Positions 51,602-60,387 of a DNA stretch of 64,000 nt are shown one piece after another. Origin of the DNA: a virus. The position numbers were made by a program, and so were the translations under genes. The DNA lies in the IMG/VR virus record IMGVR_UViG_3300025897_000012, positions 15,755 through 79,754 of that record, one strand, 5' to 3'. Under the pieces are notes generated by a model. That model was not told the origin of the DNA and ran no database searches. It saw nothing but the letters and a program-made list of their open reading frames with translations. The first letter of the stretch is position 1. Every line of letters starts with the position of its first letter.

Positions 51602-53997
51602 TAGTTGGGGCCTCCCTGATCAATTTGATTTTCTTCATTGCCGTCGATGAATAACGCATTGTCAGTATTTGCTGCTGGGTCTGGAATTGACCTGTTTACG
51701 CCCGGATCTTTTGGCGCAACTTTTTTAGGTGGTTCTTGGTTTCTTCGTCTAACTAAATTTAAATTTTGTTCAAATTTTCCGTTACTGAATTCGCTTGCTA
51801 CTCCTATACATTGATATAACCCGCTAAATGCTTTTGTTGGTATTGTCTTGCCGTTGAACTCCATGAATCCGCTTTCGTTTAAATCAAACGGAGTTCTAAA
51901 ATTTAAAATACAATCAATTTCAGAACTTTGAAAATCAGCACTTCCGTCTTTTGTAATATTAATAAACTCTGTTTGTTCTGCTGTGTAATTTCCAGCACCG
52001 CTATCATTAAGCCAGAAAGGATCTCCCCAAATTTTTAATTCAACTTTTATTAAATCAGCTGGGCTATCTAATAATGCATCGTTAAAATCTCTAGCAACTT
52101 GTGTTTCGCTCCACTCTTGACCTCCTCCACCTGTTGGTGCAACAGTTCTTTTTGCTTTTTCTGAAGTTTTAGCAGTTCCTTCTTTAGGAAGATTACTTGC
52201 ATTGCCTGGATTTTGTTTATTTGCTGATTCTTTATCCTTTGCTACTGCTGATCCTTGTGATCCAGTTTTACTATCTTTTGATGCTTGGCCTCTTTGTGCT
52301 CCAATACCAACAAAGAATGCATTATTAAATGTAATATCAAAATCTATTATATCTTTATTTTTACCAGTGTATATATAATTGTATTCTTTAGCAGCTTGTA
52401 ATTTTAGCTCTTCTATTTTTGGAGTTGGTTGACTAGGAGAAGCAAGTCGAGAAGCATGTACCTTATAAGGTACAACTCTATATACAAATACTTTAGGATT
52501 TTTACCAGTAGCATCTACAGTTGCTGAATCATTTGACTCAAATACTTGAGATTCAATTTTAAACCAGTCTACCATATTATTTCTGTCGGTATTGTTAGCA
52601 CGGCGTTTTAAATCTCTACCGTATTCGCTTGCTATTATAATTTCTTCAATGATATCTTGTACTTTTGTGCCAGCTTTAAATTGAAAGGTTCTAAGTGTCT
52701 CCGGTACTTGACATTTTGCTCTACACACTACTCCGTTGGGCATTGTTGCAACAATAGGTTCTGTTTGCGGTTTTGTTCCAGAATCGTTTTTTGACTTTAC
52801 AATTTTTGCTTGCCCAATAGAATTTATATTTTCTGGGTTTTCTGCAAATTTTCTAATAGTTTCTCCAACTTCAGATCGCTGGATTGTAATACCTAACAAT
52901 TTATCTATAGTTTCATCAAATTTCTGAGGTACAGCTCCTGCTTGTATTCCAGCAATACTTTCAAATATTTCTTGTTTTCTTTCTTGACTTAAACTTTTTA
53001 ATTCTCCTTGTGCAGGAGTTGAAGTAGTTGCGCCTGTTGCAGATTCGCTAGGTTTTCCTAGTATTGACTCTTTAGCACTACTTCTTTCTTTTGGAAACAT
53101 AACAATATATTGATCTGTTTTATTGACTTGTTTTGCTTCTTTACCTTTTAATAGTCTTTCATTTAATATGCTTGTTAAACTTTTGCCGCCACTTTGTAAA
53201 AGTTCTTGTACTGTACTTCCGGCAAGACTTAAATCATTTTTTGCAGCTTGTTGATTGTCGCCGAATGATTGATCATTATGCTTAACATACTCTACATCAT
53301 ATGTACTACCTTGCTCAGTTACATTAAAAGTACTGTTAATAACATGTATTGGAAAATATCTAGTTGATCCTGGAACTATACTTACATTACCGTTATCGTC
53401 CCAACCTTTAAAATGTAAAGTAAGCATAAACGGTGCATCAATATAATTTTTATATCCGCAACTTAAAGCTGCAATTTGCAATGTTTCGTAAAATAATCCC
53501 ATACTGTATGGTTCAAATATTTTAAACGAACCATTTATAGCATCAGCTTGTTTAGTTCCTTTATTATGAGTAATAACTGTGTTTACTGTTACATCATCAA
53601 TATAGAATTCGACTCCTCCGTAAGCTAGTTCTGATGACGTTTTAACTTTTGCAGATCCAGAACCGCCGGAACGACAAATAATCTTCCTTGGACCGTACCG
53701 TCTGTAAGTACTGTCTGGACGATTTAACTCATCAACCGTTAAACAAGATAAAGTCCAGATATAATTAACTGTTGCATACGGCTCTAACGGGTTAGCAAAG
53801 GGCGGTGCGCCAACTGCACGAGGAAGTATAGTCCTAAAAGCCTTTGTAATTAGTTCAGGACCTGCTAATGAAGATGCTAATGTCTCAACACTTTGAGCTT
53901 TTGATAGAATGGCTCCTTTAACTTCGTTAATTGAACCTTCAACCGAACTTCTAACAGCATTAATATCTATGTTTGGGGAAATTAAAAAAGGATTCAA
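51601..53997 (-). CDS. Baseplate hub protein (gp27-like)
   Basis: Position upstream of gp5; KEYNYIYTGKN, LKIWGDP, FSGLY…SEFSNGKFEQ.L.L.R; TTG start. Confidence 0.65.
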   Translation of the reverse strand: MNPFLISPNIDINAVRSSVEGSINEVKGAILSKAQSVETLASSLAGPELITKAFRTILPRAVGAPPFANPLEPYATVNYIWTLSCLTVDELNRPDSTYRRYGPRKIICRSGGSGSAKVKTSSELAYGGVEFYIDDVTVNTVITHNKGTKQADAINGSFKIFEPYSMGLFYETLQIAALSCGYKNYIDAPFMLTLHFKGWDDNGNVSIVPGSTRYFPIHVINSTFNVTEQGSTYDVEYVKHNDQSFGDNQQAAKNDLSLAGSTVQELLQSGGKSLTSILNERLLKGKEAKQVNKTDQYIVMFPKERSSAKESILGKPSESATGATTSTPAQGELKSLSQERKQEIFESIAGIQAGAVPQKFDETIDKLLGITIQRSEVGETIRKFAENPENINSIGQAKIVKSKNDSGTKPQTEPIVATMPNGVVCRAKCQVPETLRTFQFKAGTKVQDIIEEIIIASEYGRDLKRRANNTDRNNMVDWFKIESQVFESNDSATVDATGKNPKVFVYRVVPYKVHASRLASPSQPTPKIEELKLQAAKEYNYIYTGKNKDIIDFDITFNNAFFVGIGAQRGQASKDSKTGSQGSAVAKDKESANKQNPGNASNLPKEGTAKTSEKAKRTVAPTGGGGQEWSETQVARDFNDALLDSPADLIKVELKIWGDPFWLNDSGAGNYTAEQTEFINITKDGSADFQSSEIDCILNFRTPFDLNESGFMEFNGKTIPTKAFSGLYQCIGVASEFSNGKFEQNLNLVRRRNQEPPKKVAPKDPGVNRSIPDPAANTDNALFIDGNEENQIDQGGPN

Positions 53998-53998
53998 A

Positions 53999-54301
53999 CT
54001 ATCCTCCTAATACTTCAGTTAACTTTGATCCTTGAGGTAGATATATTCTTGTACCTGGAACCATATCATACACAGGATCTTTAATTACATTCATGTTTCG
54101 TTGAGCAAATACCCACCAAAGTTTTGTAGAACCATATAAATCGTATGCTAACAAATCTGGTCTATGTTGATATTGAGCTTCAATAGTGTATAAAATATCG
54201 TCATCGTATGCTGGCACTGGCCTAATACTTAAAATGTCTAAGTATTGACCATTAATAGTGTCTGTATTAGCATACGGACTTTGATTTTCATAAGTAGCCA
54301 T
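53999..54301 (-). CDS. Baseplate wedge gp53/LysM-like protein
   Basis: RPDLLAYDLYG..KLWWVFA.RN…G..IYLP. Confidence 0.85.
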   Translation of the reverse strand: MATYENQSPYANTDTINGQYLDILSIRPVPAYDDDILYTIEAQYQHRPDLLAYDLYGSTKLWWVFAQRNMNVIKDPVYDMVPGTRIYLPQGSKLTEVLGG

Positions 54302-55149
54302 TAAATAAATCCATCTTGATCTACAAGACTTCCGCCGTTAACAAAATCATCTAAGCTAAATCCTGCAACTTTGCGTCTGCTGTAAATTGGTTGACATGTT
54401 ACTGCAATTATACTTGATACTGGTACCCAAGAACCTTTTGCTCCTACATCAACTTTTATGTAGTCAACATCAGGCTCAAGGTTTACTGTAAAGTTTGTTA
54501 TAATTACTGGAACATTAGGCAAAACGTAATCTCCGTAACCTGTTAGTTTTACTAATGGTGGCGGTGCTCCTTGATTGCTTGTGTCACCGTATGCCATTTT
54601 GGTTACAGAACGCAAATAATGTACAGCTGCAATCCAATATAATCCTTCTAGTGTATTTTCTATCATAAACTGTCCGTTAATAACCATTGCTTTCGGATCT
54701 GAGTTCTGATAAGCAAAATAAGGATAATTACTATGTACAGGGGTAACAGACTGATAAGATGCATCATGTTGCATCATTATTTGTGGAGTATATGGAAATA
54801 CAAAGCCGCCAGTTTCTTTTAAAGGTGCTAACATAGGACTATTAGCCATTGTGGATGGAACACTTAATTTAACTCGCCAATCATATTCTGAAGACGTGCC
54901 AAACGTTGCACCTACAATGCTTCTTGCAGATGGGTTTGCACCTGGTAATAAGTTTAATGCTCTTAGAGCTGTTCCGAATCCGGTATCTGATACAAAATCA
55001 GTTGCACGTTGGACTGCTTGTCCGACAGCACCGGAAGCTATGTTTAATGCGTCTGAACCAACTGTTGCAGAAACACTTGCTACTGCATTATTTAATTGGT
55101 TTCGCCCTGTCGCTAAAGCGCCACGTATTGTTGAATTTACTGTTGCCAT
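54301..55149 (-). CDS. Tail tube initiator/baseplate junction protein (gp48-like)
   Basis: FPYTP, GAPPPLVKLTGYG, VPVIITNF. Confidence 0.65.
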   Translation of the reverse strand: MATVNSTIRGALATGRNQLNNAVASVSATVGSDALNIASGAVGQAVQRATDFVSDTGFGTALRALNLLPGANPSARSIVGATFGTSSEYDWRVKLSVPSTMANSPMLAPLKETGGFVFPYTPQIMMQHDASYQSVTPVHSNYPYFAYQNSDPKAMVINGQFMIENTLEGLYWIAAVHYLRSVTKMAYGDTSNQGAPPPLVKLTGYGDYVLPNVPVIITNFTVNLEPDVDYIKVDVGAKGSWVPVSSIIAVTCQPIYSRRKVAGFSLDDFVNGGSLVDQDGFI

Positions 55150-55171
55150 ATTTTTGGTAACTCCTATACAT

Positions 55172-55178
55172 TATTTAG
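55172..55178 (-). promoter_or_regulatory. Late promoter CTAAATA for the baseplate operon
   Basis: Upstream of the GGAG RBS and ATG at 55149. Confidence 0.6.
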
Positions 55179-55207
55179 TTGACAAAATTAAGTACATACA
55201 TTATAAT
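55179..55207 (+). promoter_or_regulatory. sigma70 consensus promoter (TTGACA-17-TATAAT) for the late sigma gene
   Basis: TTGACA at 55179-55184, TATAAT at 55202-55207. Confidence 0.85.
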
Positions 55208-55228
55208 AGAGTATAACCTGGAGAAAAA

Positions 55229-56062
55229 ATGAAAAAAATCAATTATTTGAATAATAAAGATATATTATCTGAGATACATAAGTCAAAAGGTACGTTTAGT
55301 AGCTTTACTGACGACTCATATCACCAATATGATATAATTTTACCGAGTTTAGAAAAAATTAATATTCGTACTATTGCTGAAGCTAAAAGAAACAAAGCTA
55401 AACGATTAGGTACTGCTGATTACGATAGTAAAAAAGCACAAGGTATTAAGGTAAAACTTGCTGAATGCGAAGTAGACTATAGGAAAATAACCAAACAAGA
55501 ACTAATTTTTAGGATAATGACGTTTGACCATATTCCTGAAGAAAAAGGTAGAAAGAAAAATCCTAAAACAATCGCTGATACTAAAACTAAACTAAACTTT
55601 CCCCCGTATCAACACTATAAGTTTAATGAAAATGATGAACTAGTATGTGTAGGGAAAAGTCATTGGACTGGTGGTATGGAAAATGGATATTTTACTAAGT
55701 CAGATGGTCAAGCTACACCTAAACTAGCAAATATGTGGATTAAGTTATGTGAAAGATATGCTACTAGAGGTAATGTTAGGGGATATACCTACAACGACGA
55801 GATGAAAGGTCAAGCAATTCTACAACTAGCACAAATTGGTTTGCAGTTTGATGAATCAAAATCTAATAATCCTTTTGCATATTACACGGCGGCTGTAACA
55901 AATAGTTTTGTGCGTGTTATTAATTTAGAAAAACGTAATCAAAACATCCGTGATGATATATTAGAACAAAACGGAATGGATCCTAGTTATACTAGACAGC
56001 ATCAAGGCGAATGGGAAGGCTACATGAAAAGAGAAGCAGAAGCCAGAGCTAAACAAAATTAA
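55229..56062 (+). CDS. Phage late-transcription sigma factor (gp55-like)
   Basis: NYLNNKD, RGYTYNDEM, FDESKSNNPFAYYT…NSF; located upstream of gp47/gp46 as in T4-like phages. Confidence 0.88.
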   Translation: MKKINYLNNKDILSEIHKSKGTFSSFTDDSYHQYDIILPSLEKINIRTIAEAKRNKAKRLGTADYDSKKAQGIKVKLAECEVDYRKITKQELIFRIMTFDHIPEEKGRKKNPKTIADTKTKLNFPPYQHYKFNENDELVCVGKSHWTGGMENGYFTKSDGQATPKLANMWIKLCERYATRGNVRGYTYNDEMKGQAILQLAQIGLQFDESKSNNPFAYYTAAVTNSFVRVINLEKRNQNIRDDILEQNGMDPSYTRQHQGEWEGYMKREAEARAKQN

Positions 56063-56065
56063 CTG

Positions 56066-56094
56066 TTGACTTTTAGTTAAAAATACCGTATAAT
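56066..56094 (+). promoter_or_regulatory. sigma70-type promoter (TTGACT-17-TATAAT)
   Basis: TTGACT at 56066-56071, TATAAT at 56089-56094. Confidence 0.8.
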
Positions 56095-56120
56095 AACAAT
56101 GAGATATAAAAGGAGTAACT

Positions 56121-57131
56121 TTGTTTAAAAAGGCAGCAGTATTCACTGACATTCACCTTGGTTTAAAAGGTAATAGTAAAGTACACAACGACGATTGTGA
56201 AGAATTTGTAGATTGGTACATCGAACAAGCGAAAGCAAACGGTTGTGAAACTGGAATCTTTTGTGGAGATTGGCATCATAACAGAAATTCATTAAACTTA
56301 ACTACAATGGACGCAACTATACGTTCAATGGAAAAATTAGGTTTGGCATTTGAACAGTTTTTCTTTTTTGACGGCAATCACGATTTATATTACAAAGATA
56401 AACGAGATGTTAACTCAACAGCATTTGCTAAACACATTCCAGGTATTACATTTATTGATGAAATTACTACCAAAGACGATGTAACGTTAGTGCCTTGGTT
56501 AGTTGGCGAAGAATGGAAAAAAATTAAAAACATTAAAAGTAAATATATGTTTGGTCATTTTGAACTTCCTAGCTTCTATATGAACGCAATGGTACAAATG
56601 CCTGATACTGGCGAATTACAGGCATCACACTTTGAACATCAAGAGTATGTTTTTAGTGGACACTTTCATAAAAGACAAAAAAAAGGTAAAGTACACTACC
56701 TAGGTAATGCGTTCCCGCACAACTATGCAGATGCATGGGATGACAAACGAGGAATGATGATACTGGATAGAGAAAACAATAAAGAACCAGAGTATCTTGA
56801 TTGGGAAGATTGTCCCAAATATAGAACAACAACTTTAAGTCAGTTGTTAGATCCTAAACAAGACATTATTAAAAGTAAAATGTATCTAAGAGTTACTATT
56901 GATGTTCCTATTAGTTACGAAGAGGCTAGTTTTATTAAAGAAACTTTTATTAATCAGCACAACTGTAGAGAAATTAGTTTGATTCCACAAAAACAAATTG
57001 AAGAAATATCTACTGAGTTAGATATACAACAATTTGAAAGTGTTGATCAAATAGTTGCAGGCGAGATTGCCGCAATTGATAGCGATAACTTTAACAAGAA
57101 AACACTTATGGACATTTATAGCGACCTATGA
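56121..57131 (+). CDS. Recombination endonuclease gp47 (Mre11/SbcD-like)
   Basis: DIH, GD, GNHD, GHFE and SGHFH metallophosphoesterase motifs; TTG start with AGGAG RBS. Confidence 0.93.
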   Translation: MFKKAAVFTDIHLGLKGNSKVHNDDCEEFVDWYIEQAKANGCETGIFCGDWHHNRNSLNLTTMDATIRSMEKLGLAFEQFFFFDGNHDLYYKDKRDVNSTAFAKHIPGITFIDEITTKDDVTLVPWLVGEEWKKIKNIKSKYMFGHFELPSFYMNAMVQMPDTGELQASHFEHQEYVFSGHFHKRQKKGKVHYLGNAFPHNYADAWDDKRGMMILDRENNKEPEYLDWEDCPKYRTTTLSQLLDPKQDIIKSKMYLRVTIDVPISYEEASFIKETFINQHNCREISLIPQKQIEEISTELDIQQFESVDQIVAGEIAAIDSDNFNKKTLMDIYSDL

Positions 57132-58900
57132 TAGAAATTAAAGACCTAACAGTAAAAAACTTTATGAGTGTGGGTAATCAAACTCAAGCAGTTGATTTTA
57201 ACCAACAACAACTAACATTGGTGCTAGGTGAAAACTTAGACCAAGGTGGTGACGATAGCGGATCACGTAATGGTACAGGAAAAACTACTATTATCAATGC
57301 TTTGAGCTATGCATTATACGGTCAAGCACTTACAAACATTAAACGCAACAATTTAATTAATAAAACTAACAGTAAAGGTATGTTAGTTACACTTCATTTT
57401 GAAAAAAATGGTGTAGACTACAGGATCGAACGTGGTAGAGGTCCTAATTTACTTAAATTTTATATAAACAATCAAGAACAAGAGCTAGTTGACGAAAGTC
57501 AAGGTGATAGTCGTAAAACACAAGAGTTTATCAACGACTTATTAGACATGAGTCATGATATGTTCAAACATATTGTTGCACTTAACACATATACTGAGCC
57601 GTTTCTTGCTATGAAGCAAAACGATCAACGTGCAATTATTGAACAGCTATTAGGAATTACTATACTATCTGAAAAGGCAGAGTCTTTAAAAGAACAAATT
57701 AAAAAAACTAAAGAATTAATTACTGAAGAAACTTTAAAGATCGAAGCAATACAAACTGCTAATGAAAAAATAAATGCAACTATTGAAAATCTACAAGGTA
57801 CGCAACGTGCATGGATGTCTAAAAAAGATCAAGATATTAAAAAACTACAAAGTAGCATAGACGAATTAGAGCATGTTGATATTAATATTGAACTTGACTT
57901 ACATGAAAAATTAAGTACATGGAACGAACATAATAATAAAATTATGGCTCTTAAAAAAGAACTAAGCACACTTGAGCCTGCATTAGTACGTGCTGACAAG
58001 ACTGTAGAAAAAGCATCTAAAGATATTGCAGATCTTGATAATGCTACTTGCTATACTTGCGGACAAGCACTACATGATGACAAAAAAGATGAAATTTTAG
58101 ATAGAAAAAATAAAGAACTTGAAGATGCTATAGCATATCAAACCGAAGTAGGTGATAAACTTATTGATGTTTCAAAAGGACTTGAGAATATTGGTGAGAT
58201 TAATGGAAAGCCTACAACATTTTACGATACAGCTAAAGAAGCGTATGAGCATAGACAGAACGTTGATAGCTTAAAACAATCGTTATCTAACAAAGAACAG
58301 GAAATTGATCCTTATCAAACACAAATTGACGAACTAAACAGTAGTGCGGTACAAGAAATTAATTGGGATTCTGTTAATCGATTAGATAACTTTAAAGAAC
58401 ATCAAGAATTCTTATTAAAACTATTAACAAACAAAGATAGTTTTATTCGTAAGAAGATTATTGATCAAAATTTAGCATATTTAAACAATAGACTTACTTA
58501 CTTCTTAGATAAACTAGGATTGCCGCATCAGGTTGTTTTTCAAAACGACTTAACTGTTGAAATTACACAGCTAGGGCAAGATTTAGACTTTGATAATCTA
58601 AGTAGAGGTGAACGTAATAGGCTTATACTTGGTATGAGCTTTGCATTCCGCGATGTATGGGAGAGTTTATATCAAAAAATTAATTTATTATTTATTGATG
58701 AGTTAATTGACAGCGGAATGGATACTGCTGGTGTTGAAGGTTCACTTGCAGTCCTTAAGAAGATGGGGCGTGAGGGTAAGAAAAATGTATATCTTATCTC
58801 TCATAAGGACGAACTTGTTGGTCGTGTTAATCATGTATTAAGAGTTGTAAAAGAAAACGGATTTACTAGCTACGCGAACGACATAGAAATTGTAGAATAG
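57128..58900 (+). CDS. Recombination ATPase gp46 (Rad50/SbcC-like)
   Basis: KNFMSVG, Walker A NGTGKTT, coiled coil with CYTC zinc hook, LSRGE signature, LFIDE, ISH. Confidence 0.95.
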   Translation: MIEIKDLTVKNFMSVGNQTQAVDFNQQQLTLVLGENLDQGGDDSGSRNGTGKTTIINALSYALYGQALTNIKRNNLINKTNSKGMLVTLHFEKNGVDYRIERGRGPNLLKFYINNQEQELVDESQGDSRKTQEFINDLLDMSHDMFKHIVALNTYTEPFLAMKQNDQRAIIEQLLGITILSEKAESLKEQIKKTKELITEETLKIEAIQTANEKINATIENLQGTQRAWMSKKDQDIKKLQSSIDELEHVDINIELDLHEKLSTWNEHNNKIMALKKELSTLEPALVRADKTVEKASKDIADLDNATCYTCGQALHDDKKDEILDRKNKELEDAIAYQTEVGDKLIDVSKGLENIGEINGKPTTFYDTAKEAYEHRQNVDSLKQSLSNKEQEIDPYQTQIDELNSSAVQEINWDSVNRLDNFKEHQEFLLKLLTNKDSFIRKKIIDQNLAYLNNRLTYFLDKLGLPHQVVFQNDLTVEITQLGQDLDFDNLSRGERNRLILGMSFAFRDVWESLYQKINLLFIDELIDSGMDTAGVEGSLAVLKKMGREGKKNVYLISHKDELVGRVNHVLRVVKENGFTSYANDIEIVE

Positions 58901-58908
58901 GTATAAAA

Positions 58909-59106
58909 ATGGAAGACGACATCCATGATAAACTGATAAAAGCATATTTAGAATACTATAAAGCAAACGAAGCGTTTGAAGATAGACATTCGCATCGTAC
59001 CCATGCTAGTAGTAGACGATGGCTTAGAGAAATTAGACGTTTGGCAAAACTTCGTATGGAAGAAATACATAATACGTTTAAAGTCAAGAAAGGCCAGGAC
59101 AACTAA
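58909..59106 (+). CDS. Small basic helical protein (histone H1-like Hc1-type, tentative)
   Basis: 65 aa, SSRRWLREIRRLAKLRMEEI. Confidence 0.5.
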   Translation: MEDDIHDKLIKAYLEYYKANEAFEDRHSHRTHASSRRWLREIRRLAKLRMEEIHNTFKVKKGQDN

Positions 59107-59115
59107 CAGTCACAG

Positions 59116-59122
59116 GTAAGTA
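59116..59122 (+). promoter_or_regulatory. Putative late promoter variant GTAAGTA (leaderless) for the GIY-YIG gene
   Basis: GGTAAGTACAGAATG is nearly identical to the gp25 leader GGTAAATACAGTATG. Confidence 0.45.
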
Positions 59123-59126
59123 CAGA

Positions 59127-59576
59127 ATGCAATGGACTTATCAAGGCAAAAAAATAGACAAAATACCAGATGAGTACGAAGGATTTGTTTATCTTATTAC
59201 CAATACTACTACAGGCCAAAAATACATAGGCAAAAAACTAGCAAAATTTAAAACTACTAAACCACCGCTTAAAGGCAAAAAGAATAAAAGGCGAGGAACT
59301 AAAGAAAGCGACTGGCGTGACTACTGGGGTAGCTCGGATAGGCTTAACGCAGACGTTGAAGCACTAGGCTCAGATAAGTTTACAAGAGAAATACTTTATC
59401 TTTGTAAAGGTAGAGGCGAAATGTCCTACATAGAGGCAAGAGAACAGTTTGATAGGCGTGTACTTGAAACTGATGAATACTATAATGGTATTATTAATGT
59501 AAGGGTAGGCGGATCAGACAAACTCAAACAGGCATTGCTAGAACACTCCATTAAGGCAAAACAATACAGCACATAA
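59127..59576 (+). CDS. Stand-alone GIY-YIG endonuclease (T4 EndoII/Seg-like catalytic domain)
   Basis: GFVYLITN…KYIGKK, YWGSS, FTREIL, E, YYNG. Confidence 0.88.
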   Translation: MQWTYQGKKIDKIPDEYEGFVYLITNTTTGQKYIGKKLAKFKTTKPPLKGKKNKRRGTKESDWRDYWGSSDRLNADVEALGSDKFTREILYLCKGRGEMSYIEAREQFDRRVLETDEYYNGIINVRVGGSDKLKQALLEHSIKAKQYST

Positions 59577-59579
59577 GGA

Positions 59580-59940
59580 TAGCGGGCCAGATCAATAATT
59601 CCGCTGTGTAAAGGGTGGCGTGAGAACCACACACGAAACATATTGATTCATACGAACCATAACGATCAATATAGGCTAGTTGCTGTTAGCCAAGAACCAC
59701 AATGTTCATAAAAACTCTTTAGCAATAGGAACGAAGCGAGAGGTATTATGCGGCGTAGCGTATATTCTGTGAATATGCGGTATATCGCATAAGATGTCGA
59801 CGTAGGTTGGGAAAGGTCAGAGCCCATTGAACAGTGAAAATACCTACTTCCGAATCTCGGCTGTGACGAACTCACATGAAGACCAAGATTAGATGGAACC
59901 AGCGAGTAGGTTCCGTCTGACTGAAACAATCTACATGAAG
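59580..59940 (+). ncRNA. Candidate large structured non-coding RNA
   Basis: About 44% GC by hand count of 59581-59940, clearly above the surrounding AT-rich sequence. At least 9 consecutive stem-loops, several with G-U pairs on the + strand. No credible ORF. Confidence 0.6.
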
Positions 59941-59946
59941 CAATTA

Positions 59947-60053
59947 CAATATTACTTCGTAATATTGCTTTAATTCATATCTATTACTTCTATCACAAAC
60001 GAAGTGATATAGTTTGAGCGTAAGCGAAAACAATTTGTTACGAAGTAACAAAT
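59947..60053. other. Cluster of perfect hairpins with GAA triloops in inverted orientation
   Basis: CAATATTAC-TTC-GTAATATTG (59947-59967) and ATTTGTTAC-GAA-GTAACAAAT (60033-60053), plus TATCAC/GTGATA (59991-60009). Confidence 0.7.
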
Positions 60054-60135
60054 CTTAATTGTTCTTATAGACTATCCACATTAGTACTACTGTTAAAACT
60101 AAGAAATAGAATATGGGCGAACACATAGGAGTTAT

Positions 60136-60321
60136 TTAGTGAAGATCAGGATCTCTTCCAAAGCCTGATTTAACATAACTGACTTCGACTGCTTCGTATC
60201 TGAGCTCTAGATGAGGTTGTGTATCTTGTAACGTTAAAATATATTGGTTAGCTTCATCAATTGAATTAACTACATCAATTTCGTTATCAAGATTGTCTAA
60301 TATTTTATATTTGGTGATCAT
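60136..60321 (-). CDS. Small hypothetical protein
   Basis: 61 aa ending GFGRDPDLH; TTAAATA box at 60336-60330. Confidence 0.6.
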   Translation of the reverse strand: MITKYKILDNLDNEIDVVNSIDEANQYILTLQDTQPHLELRYEAVEVSYVKSGFGRDPDLH

Positions 60322-60351
60322 TGAACTATTATTTAAATGTCTACTCGGGAC

Positions 60352-60358
60352 ATAAATA
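60352..60358 (+). promoter_or_regulatory. Late promoter ATAAATA
   Basis: Upstream of the AAGGA RBS and ATG at 60388. Confidence 0.65.
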
Positions 60359-60387
60359 CTACTAGTTAATAGAATTAAGGATTATCC

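Noticed and set aside
21889-55149. Bacterial T6SS/eCIS locus instead of a phage
   Set aside because: The linked gp55-like sigma, gp46/47, TAAATA late promoters and tape measure indicate a T4-like phage genome
59666-59929. 87-aa minus-strand ORF in the structured region
   Set aside because: No RBS or recognisable motif, atypical composition, and antisense to a region better explained as structured RNA
59580-59940. tRNA, tmRNA, RNase P, group I/II intron or hammerhead identity for the structured region
   Set aside because: No cloverleaf or TTCGA arm, no tmRNA ends, no convincing RNase P P4, group I P7 or group II domain V consensus, and no interrupted host gene. CTGACTGAAAC does not give a full hammerhead core. 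A covariance-model search is still needed.
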